A DNA stretch of 64,000 nucleotides from a virus (Duplodnaviria; Caudoviricetes). Positions 44,131-51,975 of the stretch are shown piece after piece. The notes below the pieces were generated by a model, which saw only the letters and a program-made list of their open reading frames with translations, did not search any database and was not told the origin of the DNA. Positions within the stretch are counted from its first letter, which is position 1. Every line of letters starts with the position of its first letter. The stretch spans positions 2,166 through 66,165 of IMG/VR virus record IMGVR_UViG_3300012956_000024. The stretch is one strand, 5' to 3'. The translations under genes were made by a program, and so were the position numbers.

Positions 44131-44394
44131 TCAGCTCTGTTGCGCCTTGTTCATGAGGCGCGCCTGATGACGTTCGAGCGAGTCAGCGAACGCGCGCAAA
44201 CGAGCGATCGACGTCACCATGTCGCTAGGGTCGAGCATGCACAATTGGCGCCACTGTGTTTCGCCTTCGCCGTGCGAGTACATGATGCCGAGTTGGGTTC
44301 CGAGGTCCACCGGCTCGGCGGCAAAGTATTGGAGCTTGTTGTTCGTTCTCACGTTTTCATCCTCTCGCTTGCAGTAATCGCATAATACTGGCAC
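44131..44394 (-). CDS. Hypothetical protein, 87 aa
   Basis: Coupled to upstream gene; CxxC near N-terminus. Confidence 0.7.
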   Translation of the reverse strand: MPVLCDYCKREDENVRTNNKLQYFAAEPVDLGTQLGIMYSHGEGETQWRQLCMLDPSDMVTSIARLRAFADSLERHQARLMNKAQQS

Positions 44395-44645
44395 TAGTGA
44401 ATCTCCAGATCAGTGTCCAGATCTTCGACGTCGATCTCAGCGCCCCAGTAGTCGATAGCCATGTCGGCTTCATCTTCACTGATCAGTCCGTTGTTCACGG
44501 CGCGCACAGCGTTGCCTTCCAGCGTACGAATCGCGCGGGCGCCGGCGTAGAATCCGACACGCATGCTCTCAATGTCGTGCGTAGGCATTTTTTCAGCTTC
44601 GAGCCCTACCAATAGTTCGAGCCATTCATCGTAGAGCGTGCGCAT
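44394..44645 (-). CDS. Hypothetical protein, 83 aa
   Basis: TGATG overlap; FYAGA motif. Confidence 0.7.
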   Translation of the reverse strand: MRTLYDEWLELLVGLEAEKMPTHDIESMRVGFYAGARAIRTLEGNAVRAVNNGLISEDEADMAIDYWGAEIDVEDLDTDLEIH

Positions 44646-44830
44646 CAGGGCTTCGCGTTTGAATCGATGCCCTCATGGTACAACTCTTCACGCCACACTG
44701 GCACTGTCGGCGGTGCGTCGATAGTCAACGTGACCACGCCATGCGGGCGAAGACCGACAGCGATCGTGATTTTGTCGGGGCCGTTGCCGATGACGATCTT
44801 TTCTCCATCGCGTCGTTTCAAGACGAGCAT
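44645..44830 (-). CDS. csrA: Carbon storage regulator CsrA/RsmA homologue
   Basis: MLVLKRRDGEKIVIG...IDAPPTVPVWREELY compared with MLILTRRVGE...NAPKEVSVHREEIY; AAGGA SD. Confidence 0.9.
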   Translation of the reverse strand: MLVLKRRDGEKIVIGNGPDKITIAVGLRPHGVVTLTIDAPPTVPVWREELYHEGIDSNAKP

Positions 44831-44839
44831 GCGCAGTCC

Positions 44840-45049
44840 TTAGTTGGTGGGGAAGGTGTACGTCGGAATCATGTGCACGCGCGCTTCACCGATCAGCGTG
44901 TCCTTGTCGTAGAGCAGCACTTGAGCGTAGGCCACTGCCGTGTGTCGCATGAGCGCGAGCATCGCTTCTTGCGCGGCGTTGATCAGCCGCTCGTTCTCAG
45001 CGATCCATGCAGGGTCAAGATAGACATCAGTGTTTGGCATAGCAGACAT
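44840..45049 (-). CDS. Hypothetical protein, 69 aa
   Basis: ORF track. Confidence 0.65.
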   Translation of the reverse strand: MSAMPNTDVYLDPAWIAENERLINAAQEAMLALMRHTAVAYAQVLLYDKDTLIGEARVHMIPTYTFPTN

Positions 45050-45677
45050 TTTTCACTCTCGGGTTCCAGCAGCGCCGGCAGGCGCCGCACTCGTTGTTCT
45101 GTTCTGGCGCAGGGCACGTCACCTTCGGGCTGAATGGCTCGCCGCGTGACACGGTGGAGGTGTTCGGAAATCCTGTCGGCGGCGGGCCGTCAACCATCGT
45201 CGCACTCAAGCGCACAACCAGGTTCTTCGGGAAGGCCCCGTGCTTCTTGAGGTAGGTGTAGACGAACACCTTCTCGCGCGTCGGCAGCCAGAAGCGCACG
45301 TGCGGACAGGCGACGGCGATGGCAGCGATCTTCTCCAAGTGCGTGGGTGACTGGATGTCGCCGGCGTCGTGCCAGCGAAAGTAGCGCATGTCGATCGTAG
45401 AGATCAGCTGCGTCATCGCCTCGACCCATCTCGGGTGCTTGATCGATTCGAGTCGACGGTACAGCGCGTCTTCGACGTTGGGCATCGTGTAGTGCCCCTT
45501 CATCGCGTAACACTTGTTGCACACGCTGCCAGGTACCGGCCGCAGCTTCGAGCCTACGAGGCACTCTCTCGCGGGGAGGCCGTAAGCGTAGCCGGGCATC
45601 TTGCTTGGGCGACCGAGGCCGCCTACCAGATCCCACGCCTGTTTGCGCGTGAGTGGGCGTTGCTCACCGTCAGCCAC
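45027..45677 (-). CDS. Gp88-like protein (Cys-rich, putative Fe-S/radical-SAM-like)
   Basis: SKMPG...C..GS...C.KCYA.KG; RWHDAGDIQ; CPA....CGACRRCW. Confidence 0.8.
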   Translation of the reverse strand: MADGEQRPLTRKQAWDLVGGLGRPSKMPGYAYGLPARECLVGSKLRPVPGSVCNKCYAMKGHYTMPNVEDALYRRLESIKHPRWVEAMTQLISTIDMRYFRWHDAGDIQSPTHLEKIAAIAVACPHVRFWLPTREKVFVYTYLKKHGAFPKNLVVRLSATMVDGPPPTGFPNTSTVSRGEPFSPKVTCPAPEQNNECGACRRCWNPRVKNVCYAKH

Positions 45678-45680
45678 GAG

Positions 45681-45884
45681 CTATTCAACAGTCCGTTCGT
45701 ACGACGTGCAACGGTCGATGATTACAGCCGCGTGGCTGCGCGCGCGAACGTAAACGGCGTCGATGTCTTCGGCTGTCATCGGAAAGCCGTGAAATCTCGC
45801 TATCGTCGGTGCCATCAGCGTGGCGATGAGTTGGGCGCGTAGTGCGTCAATAACAGGACGGCCGTGATGAAAATTGTCTGACAT
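45681..45884 (-). CDS. Hypothetical protein, 67 aa
   Basis: TAATG overlap. Confidence 0.6.
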   Translation of the reverse strand: MSDNFHHGRPVIDALRAQLIATLMAPTIARFHGFPMTAEDIDAVYVRARSHAAVIIDRCTSYERTVE

Positions 45885-45991
45885 TAGAATCTCCCGCCTC
45901 GGTTACGCCACGCGATGACAAGCACCGCGATGTTCATCATGATCGATGAACCGGCTTTGATGACACGCCACAAAAGTTTCTGATCCAACAT
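45884..45991 (-). CDS. Possible 35-aa peptide
   Basis: Fills gap; hand-called start. Confidence 0.4.
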   Translation of the reverse strand: MLDQKLLWRVIKAGSSIMMNIAVLVIAWRNRGGRF

Positions 45992-46362
45992 GCGACCTCG
46001 AAGATGGGTATGGCCGTCGTAGCTGGTGTCCCGTTCTTCCATTGATTGGGGTTGAACTGGATGCACGCCTGTCCTTTTGGAAGGCCGACGATACCGACGA
46101 CATTGGGGCAGTCGCCGGCGTTTTCGTACCGTCGCGTCATCCAGTGAAGCTGCAGCGCCGTGTAGTTGCCGACGACGATGTTGTTGCGCGGCATCACCGG
46201 GTTGAACTTGTATTCGACCCATAGGTCGTGGCGCGGGCCGTCGTAATACTGGTCGGGCACGCCAGAGAGCGCCATCATGCTGCCGACGTTGCTCTGCTTG
46301 AACACATCGCGCAGCTGGCGGTTGACGGCGCTGCGGAAGACCGACTCGGGCTTGCGGCTCAC
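45937..46362 (-). CDS. VRR-NUC-like nuclease/resolvase
   Basis: PE..F...V, GVPD, WVEYK, Q..WM. Confidence 0.8.
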   Translation of the reverse strand: MSRKPESVFRSAVNRQLRDVFKQSNVGSMMALSGVPDQYYDGPRHDLWVEYKFNPVMPRNNIVVGNYTALQLHWMTRRYENAGDCPNVVGIVGLPKGQACIQFNPNQWKNGTPATTAIPIFEVACWIRNFCGVSSKPVHRS

Positions 46363-46526
46363 GGCGAAATGTCCTTGAGCGCGCCCCAGGCTTCGCCGAA
46401 GTCGAGTCCTTCAGTGCCGTGCCATTGCCCTTCGCAGACATCTGGCATCGCAATACCGATACCGACGAGCTGATCCATCAGTTCGTCGAGTACCTTATAC
46501 AGTCGAGCGCCTTCGTCGAGAGTCAT
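46359..46526 (-). CDS. Hypothetical protein, 55 aa
   Basis: Hand-translated MTLDEGARLYKVLDELM...; overlaps on both sides. Confidence 0.7.
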   Translation of the reverse strand: MTLDEGARLYKVLDELMDQLVGIGIAMPDVCEGQWHGTEGLDFGEAWGALKDISP

Positions 46527-46792
46527 CCTTTCGTCTCCCGCGGGTCACACCCATAACTGTCCTTCTGGCGCACCTGGCCGTCCTTGCCATGTAGCCAGAT
46601 CTCGCTGGGAACGCGGCACACGCGCCACATCTGCGTGCAGTGAATGCGCAACGGCCGCACGATGTCGCGCTGCGCAGGCTTGGAGTCGATGACCTCGCCG
46701 CCAACCTTCAAGTACCAGCGTTTGCCGATCTTGACAACGTGGTAGTTGGTGCGCGGGAAATCAGGAAGCGGCGGTGTCTGTTTCTTGGTCAT
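46523..46792 (-). CDS. DUF2188-like protein
   Basis: YHVV...W...E..LHGKDGQV..KDSYG.DP...KG. Confidence 0.8.
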   Translation of the reverse strand: MTKKQTPPLPDFPRTNYHVVKIGKRWYLKVGGEVIDSKPAQRDIVRPLRIHCTQMWRVCRVPSEIWLHGKDGQVRQKDSYGCDPRETKG

Positions 46793-46804
46793 GGCGTTCT
46801 CCTG

Positions 46805-46954
46805 CTATCTGTCGTTGGCTGCCTGGTACTTCGCGTCTTCCCAAAGTGCCTTCGCGCGTTTTTCAACATCGAACGCGCCTTCTTCGATCGCTTCTTCGTA
46901 GTAGCGCTCGGGGATCTCGGGCGGGTCGTCCGGCGGATCGAGTTTGTAGTTCAT
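46805..46954 (-). CDS. Acidic hypothetical protein, 49 aa
   Basis: Hand-translated MNYKLDPPDDPPEIPERYYEE...; AGGAG SD. Confidence 0.7.
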   Translation of the reverse strand: MNYKLDPPDDPPEIPERYYEEAIEEGAFDVEKRAKALWEDAKYQAANDR

Positions 46955-46971
46955 ACCGTTCTCCTGTTCGA

Positions 46972-47102
46972 ACCTATATCAAAGATGCCGCCGCTCCGAC
47001 GCTCCCTCCTACATAGTGTGAGCGTCACAACTGTTCGTCGGTTCCCGCTCTCAGCACAACCTTGTACTTCGGATGTGCAACGACGACACCTTTGATATAG
47101 GT
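46972..47102 (-). ncRNA. Putative structured RNA / long-stem 5' leader
   Basis: 23-bp closing stem whose 4 non-WC pairs are all G-U on minus strand; internal hairpins. Confidence 0.6.
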
Positions 47103-47104
47103 CC

Positions 47105-47144
47105 AGAAAGTAAAACGGCCCCACCGGTTAGGGCGGGGCCGTAT
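47105..47144 (-). terminator. Rho-independent terminator
   Basis: ACGGCCCC/GGGGCCGT stem then TTTTACTTTC. Confidence 0.8.
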
Positions 47145-47146
47145 TG

Positions 47147-47260
47147 AAAAAACCGGGCGGGGCAGCTACGGGGAGCTGAATCCCGTTTCTCGTCTGCCCA
47201 CCTACTCTACCGACACGGGATTCACAGCTCCCACACGATCAATAGAGGGCTTGCCCGGCC
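47147..47260 (-). ncRNA. Putative structured RNA, ~114 nt, ending in U6
   Basis: GGCCGGGC/GCCCGGUU outer stem; GGGAGCUG(UG)AAUCCCGU / ACGGGAUUCAGCUCCC inner stem. Confidence 0.6.
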
Positions 47261-47262
47261 TG

Positions 47263-47523
47263 TTACTTCGCCAGTGTGCCCGCCAGCCGGAATCCGAGCA
47301 GCTTCCACACTCCATCAACTGCCTGCTCACGTGCGAGGCGGTTACCGATCTCGGCATCGAAGTTCTCGATGCTGACGCACGCCGACAAACCTTCGACCGT
47401 GAAACCGTTCTTCAGCGTGAGCTGGCAGACAGTAGTGCGGCCGTTGGGCAACACGGTGTACGTCGCGCGGACGATCTCAGCGTCGACGTCATCCTGCGTG
47501 ACGCGTGGAGCGCCGCCGCTCAT
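47263..47523 (-). CDS. N4 Gp49/Sf6 Gp66 family protein
   Basis: VT...V...I.......TTVCQLTLKNGFTVEG.SACVS.ENFDAEIG..LA. Confidence 0.9.
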   Translation of the reverse strand: MSGGAPRVTQDDVDAEIVRATYTVLPNGRTTVCQLTLKNGFTVEGLSACVSIENFDAEIGNRLAREQAVDGVWKLLGFRLAGTLAK

Positions 47524-48008
47524 GCCGCACCCAGACGATCGGTCTCGATCTTGAGCTTGGCAGCGACGGCTGCGTCGTACGCCGCGGCCGTCTTGGCTGC
47601 CGTGGCCTTGAGCTTCGGCGTGGCCTTGTCGAGATCCTTGAGCGTGCGTTCGGCGTTCTTCAGCGCGTCCTTGGCGAGCTTCACGGCCGACTTCTGGTCG
47701 GCCTTGACGGCCAGCGGACGCGCTTCGACCTGGCCCAACGTCTTCTTCTTCGAGCTGACGAGCTTGTCGGCGTCCTTGACGAGCTTCTGGCGCGCCTTGA
47801 GCGCCGTGGCGGCACCGCTCTTGGCCGTCTTGGTGATCTTGACGGCCTCGCGAGCCGCGGCACGCTGCTGCGTGAGCGTCAGGGGCGGTGCCTTGCCCTT
47901 GCGGACAGGGGCGGCGACGGTGGGAGCAGGGGCGGCGACAGGGGCAGCGGCCGTACGACCGCGACCACCCGGTTTGACCTTGCTGATGGCTGACTGTGCT
48001 TCGGGCAT
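47520..48008 (-). CDS. Lys/Ala-rich basic protein (histone-H1-like composition)
   Basis: Composition; GGAG SD. Confidence 0.7.
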   Translation of the reverse strand: MPEAQSAISKVKPGGRGRTAAAPVAAPAPTVAAPVRKGKAPPLTLTQQRAAAREAVKITKTAKSGAATALKARQKLVKDADKLVSSKKKTLGQVEARPLAVKADQKSAVKLAKDALKNAERTLKDLDKATPKLKATAAKTAAAYDAAVAAKLKIETDRLGAA

Positions 48009-48074
48009 GGTGTAGCTCCGGTAAAGAGGCCGGCGGGATGCCGGCCTTGAATGCCGCGGGCGCGGCGATAAGGG

Positions 48075-48878
48075 TTAGCGGCGTGCCGGCGTGCGTGGCC
48101 GGGCAGCAGCGCGTGAACGGCTGGGCGGTGCAGCAGCCGCAGCGGCGGCGAAGTCCGGCTTGCGCATCAGCGCGTCCTCGGCCGTCTTGCCCTGCGCGAA
48201 GTGCATCGCGTAGTTCGGGTTCGGCACCGGATCGGAGAAGTCGATCGTGGCATAGGTGCCGCGCGGCGTACCGGTGATCGTGAAGATCGCCTTGACCGGG
48301 TGGCCGCCGAGCGAGCGCGCGACGCCGTTGACCGCGCCTTCGAACGACTTGAGGCTGGTCGGCGGGATCTCGAGCAGGTAGACCGTACCGCGTTCGTCGG
48401 CCAGGGCGTCGGGATCGTTCGGATCGTCGACACGCAGGGCGGCGATGTAGCGGTTCGAGCATGCCTTGCTCTTGCCGTTCTGGTGCGTGCCGAACGCGTT
48501 GACACCGCCCATCGGACAACTGTGGCAGGTGTCGCTCTGGATATTCGGACTGTCGGCTTCCGGTTTGAGGTTCATCACGGCGGCGTGGCCGATGGCGTAG
48601 CAGGCCGGCGCGGTCGGCGCACCGTCCCGATACGGGACGTCGTAGAACTTGTTGGTGCCGACGAAGTTGACGATGACGGCATTGAACTGCTTGCCGATGT
48701 TCTCGCCGCCGGGGAGGATGAAATCACCCGAGGGGTCAACCTTGATCTTGTTGCCCGAAGGCGCCGAGACGAAGGTGGTGATGTTGCTCGCGAAGGCGGC
48801 GAGTTCAGCGTCGACCGTGGCGAGTTCCTGGCCCTTGGGGGCGGCGGGCTTGGTGATTGCTTTGCTGGCGCGTGCCAT
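48075..48878 (-). CDS. Putative ssDNA-binding/recombination protein
   Basis: P.CYA...PEADSP..QS..C..CP..FG...GKACSN...L.IPPTSLK.F; replication module. Confidence 0.65.
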   Translation of the reverse strand: MARASKAITKPAAPKGQELATVDAELAAFASNITTFVSAPSGNKIKVDPSGDFILPGGENIGKQFNAVIVNFVGTNKFYDVPYRDGAPTAPACYAIGHAAVMNLKPEADSPNIQSDTCHSCPMGGVNAFGTHQNGKSKACSNRYIAALRVDDPNDPDALADERGTVYLLEIPPTSLKSFEGAVNGVARSLGGHPVKAIFTITGTPRGTYATIDFSDPVPNPNYAMHFAQGKTAEDALMRKPDFAAAAAAAPPSRSRAAARPRTPARR

Positions 48879-48884
48879 TGGGTA

Positions 48885-49265
48885 TTACCTCTTGGTGACG
48901 TTGAGACGTTGAGTTTCGATTTTTTGGAGACCTGGAATTGGTTTGCCGCGTTGGTCTTCCATTTCCTTGACCGCGAGCTGCGCCGGTCGTTTTTCGAGCA
49001 GGTGGAGCGCTTTGTTGCGGTACACGAACTTCGCGAAGTCGTCGAACGAGCTGATGCCTGCGCGTTCGCTTTTGGAAATGGAGCAGGTGGAAAGCGATCC
49101 ACTGACCTTGTCGAGACTTTGCTCCTGCATCAACGCCATCAACTTGTTTTCAAGCTCCTTGCGGTCGTTGGTGAGCGCGTCGGCGACGGCTTGGGCAGCG
49201 GCGATCTTGTCCCGCATGGTGTAGATTCGGTCAGCCAGATCACCCATCGATTCGCGAGCAGCCAT
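48885..49265 (-). CDS. Conserved coiled-coil phage protein
   Basis: Typical neighbour of SSB; PIPGL C-terminus. Confidence 0.7.
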   Translation of the reverse strand: MAARESMGDLADRIYTMRDKIAAAQAVADALTNDRKELENKLMALMQEQSLDKVSGSLSTCSISKSERAGISSFDDFAKFVYRNKALHLLEKRPAQLAVKEMEDQRGKPIPGLQKIETQRLNVTKR

Positions 49266-49287
49266 AGTATTCTCTCCTGTTTCAAAG

Positions 49288-49467
49288 TCAACGATTTTTT
49301 GAAATCTTGTCCAACTGCGTTTTCAAAAGCAGCTTGGATCCCTTGGTTAGCTTCGGCGCGGGCTCTTCAGCCTTGCCTTCCTTGCCATCGGCGTAGCCTT
49401 TGGCATACATCTTGACGGCGAGCTGTTCAGCCAGAAAACAGACCGCGTCGAGTTCCTGGGGGGTCAT
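49288..49467 (-). CDS. Hypothetical protein, 59 aa
   Basis: Hand-translated MTPQELDAVCFL...YAKGYADG; ATGA overlap. Confidence 0.65.
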   Translation of the reverse strand: MTPQELDAVCFLAEQLAVKMYAKGYADGKEGKAEEPAPKLTKGSKLLLKTQLDKISKNR

Positions 49468-49658
49468 GTCCCTGAGTTGTCCAGCACGTCCTCACAGGCG
49501 AGCGCGTGCATAATGCACGAGCCGAGGACAGCGGCCGCGCGGCTGTAATTCAGGTTGTCAGTGACTTCCCGTCCGTACGTAACGCGAAACGTCAGGTCAG
49601 ACCGCTGCTCCAGCGTTATCGCGAGGGTGCCTTCGCCCCACTCAAAGCAGGTTCTCAT
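49464..49658 (-). CDS. Hypothetical protein, 64 aa
   Basis: ATGA overlaps. Confidence 0.7.
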   Translation of the reverse strand: MRTCFEWGEGTLAITLEQRSDLTFRVTYGREVTDNLNYSRAAAVLGSCIMHALACEDVLDNSGT

Positions 49659-50005
49659 TGCAGGTCCTTCGGTAGTTCGACCTCGTCGCCGAGTTTGCTG
49701 GCCACGTAGCAGCGCATGGCAGCGATGAGCGGTGTTGGGCCTTCAAGGTAGTGACGAAGCCAGTCTGTGCGCTTAATCCACTGAACCATAGTCCCCGTAT
49801 TACCCGCATCGAGCATAGCTAACCAACGCCCGTCCAAAGCGTGTCCTTCTCGGCGCAGTGGTCGTAGCAAGATGCCTTCACGCTCGATGATCGGGCCGGC
49901 CAACGCCCAGTCACGATCGTACAGCCACGACCCGATCTCCGGGAAGCCTTCGCACTTTGCTACTGCCCAGTTGAGCTTTCCGCGTTCAAGCTCTGCGGTT
50001 TTCAT
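49655..50005 (-). CDS. DUF2591/NinX-like protein
   Basis: MKT.EL....LNWAVAK, DWALAGPIIERE, GPTPLIAAMRCYVAS. Confidence 0.85.
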   Translation of the reverse strand: MKTAELERGKLNWAVAKCEGFPEIGSWLYDRDWALAGPIIEREGILLRPLRREGHALDGRWLAMLDAGNTGTMVQWIKRTDWLRHYLEGPTPLIAAMRCYVASKLGDEVELPKDLQ

Positions 50006-50022
50006 CCGTCCACCTCCATCAG

Positions 50023-51975
50023 CTATTTGTTGTACCTCTGACTCGAGTGGATATCGACGCCGATCGGCAGGCCCTTGGCCCACTCAGGCGGTCTCGACAT
50101 GATTTCGCGGATGATGCCGAGTGACTTCTTCACGTGCTTGTTCGGCGCGACGGTGACGATCTCATCATGCGTGGACATCACGATGCGCACGTCGGGGAGC
50201 GCGTCGGCGATCTGGACCATCTGCTCGGCGACGATCAGGCGCGCGAGGAACTGAACCATGTTCTCCACAAGGATGCCGCCGTAGAGCTTGGTACGGTCCT
50301 CGTAGATCTCGCCGTCCTTCTTGCGGCGATACTCGGCCGCGTAGCTGAAGCTGTTGTCCTCGTGAAACTGCACGAGGTCGTAGCGCATGCTCAACTGATT
50401 CGGCCCGTGCAGTACGCCGCGGCCTTCGAAGCCCTCGTAGACAACACAGCCGTGCGGTACACGCACGCAGCTGCGGAACGCTGAGCGCGCCGCGTTTTGC
50501 GTCGCTCGCCAGTTGGCGACGATGCGCCCGTTGGTCTGCCTCCAAGCCGCAACGATGTCCTTGGCGGCGCTGTCGGTGATCTCTACGGGCGGGCCGAACT
50601 GGCCGATGCGCAGCATGTCCGCGAATCGCGGCCCGCCGGCCTGGTATCCAAGGGCCAGCACGGCGACCTTGCCAACGAATCGTTCGGCTGGGTCTTTTTC
50701 CTTGTCGATGCGCCGGCCGTAGATGTTGCTCGCGGCGATCGAATAGACATCCTCCTTGCGTCGGAACGCTTCGGTGATGTCGTCCTGGCCTGAGAACCAT
50801 GCATTGACGCGCGCTTCAATCTGAGCCAGATCCGCGATGATCAGTTTGTGCGATGGAGGCACGTAGACCGCCGTGCGTAGATCCGAGCCGCGTCCCAGGT
50901 TCTGCCAGTTCGATTTGTCAGCGCCTGACCAGCGCAGCGTCTTGGCACCGGCGTGTTTCAGATAGATCGGCTGCGGGCCAAGCTCTGCGCGATTGCCCAT
51001 GCGCGCCGAGCGTGTTTCGACGATCGAGGTCTTGTTGGCGAGGCGGGCCTGCACCAGCTCGCGCACCTTGCGGTTGGGATGCTTGAGCAGATCCTTGAAC
51101 TCCAGGTCGCCTTTGGAGAACGCGAACGCCAGCGGCGTCGTGTCTTTCTTGTCGAGCGTGATGACGCCTTCGTCCTTGAGCTGTTTGGCGTACTTCGGCC
51201 GGAGCTTCGTCGGCGGTTCGACACCGGCGGCGCGAAGCAGCGCAGCAAATTTGTCGTTGGAGACCAAGTCTGCCTTTTCGACAGGCGCGCGCTTCGTCGA
51301 CACCTTCGCGACCAGCGCAGCTTTGTCGGCGATGTTCTCGGCGTTGACGCGGTCGACGATCTCCTTGTCGACGAGCACTGTCGGTCGCGCGTACATCTTG
51401 ATCGTCAAGTCGATCAGTTTCAGCTCGTGCAGTGGCAGGCACGGCACGAGTTTCTTGGCGATGCCGAAGGTCTGCTCGATGTCGTTGCCGGCGTACTTGG
51501 CCAGCGCACGGTACTGTCGGTCCGACAGGTCGCGCACACCCTTGACGTTTTCCAGCGACGACGCGCCGACCTTGCCTCGTAGCCCAAGCGCACGGGCCAG
51601 GCTGTCGAGGTTCTTCGGCACGGTCACCGGCATGAGGATGTTTGCCATCGACAGCGTGTCGAGGTAGAAGGCCGGGAAGCGCTTGTAGTGGTGCGAGAGG
51701 ATGAGCCCATCGAAGTGCGTGTGATGCGCGAGCAGCGCCGTGTGCTTCCAGTCGACCTCGGCGGCGAAGTCCTTGAAGTCGAAATTGCTGAGTACGTCGG
51801 CGCGACGCTCGTCGTGCCACTGGGCTGAGACCATGTGCGTCTTGAACCGCGGATCGACGATGTACTCGGTCGTGGCCATCTTCTTCACCGAGTACTCGTC
51901 GTCGTAGTAGGTCTCATAGTCCAAGCCGAGGATGGCGTCGACTTCGAGGGCGTCGCAGAGTTCTTTGAGGTTCAT
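50023..51975 (-). CDS. polA: DNA polymerase, family A, with 3'-5' exonuclease
   Basis: ExoI LDYETY, ExoII, ExoIII Y..ND; motif A DLAQIEAR, motif B GK...L.LGY, motif C THDE. Confidence 0.95.
   Translation of the reverse strand: MNLKELCDALEVDAILGLDYETYYDDEYSVKKMATTEYIVDPRFKTHMVSAQWHDERRADVLSNFDFKDFAAEVDWKHTALLAHHTHFDGLILSHHYKRFPAFYLDTLSMANILMPVTVPKNLDSLARALGLRGKVGASSLENVKGVRDLSDRQYRALAKYAGNDIEQTFGIAKKLVPCLPLHELKLIDLTIKMYARPTVLVDKEIVDRVNAENIADKAALVAKVSTKRAPVEKADLVSNDKFAALLRAAGVEPPTKLRPKYAKQLKDEGVITLDKKDTTPLAFAFSKGDLEFKDLLKHPNRKVRELVQARLANKTSIVETRSARMGNRAELGPQPIYLKHAGAKTLRWSGADKSNWQNLGRGSDLRTAVYVPPSHKLIIADLAQIEARVNAWFSGQDDITEAFRRKEDVYSIAASNIYGRRIDKEKDPAERFVGKVAVLALGYQAGGPRFADMLRIGQFGPPVEITDSAAKDIVAAWRQTNGRIVANWRATQNAARSAFRSCVRVPHGCVVYEGFEGRGVLHGPNQLSMRYDLVQFHEDNSFSYAAEYRRKKDGEIYEDRTKLYGGILVENMVQFLARLIVAEQMVQIADALPDVRIVMSTHDEIVTVAPNKHVKKSLGIIREIMSRPPEWAKGLPIGVDIHSSQRYNK

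Noticed and set aside
46967-46977. tRNA T-loop-like GGTTCGAA
   Set aside because: No T-stem partner downstream, and no cloverleaf or acceptor stem
47020-47095. Hammerhead ribozyme (CUGAGA...CGAAC with flanking stems)
   Set aside because: Core lacks N7, has C at 15.1 and no consistent NUH cleavage triplet; cannot be called without a self-cleavage assay
47147-47260. SRP 4.5S RNA (similar length)
   Set aside because: Lacks the GNRA tetraloop and the conserved symmetric-loop motif
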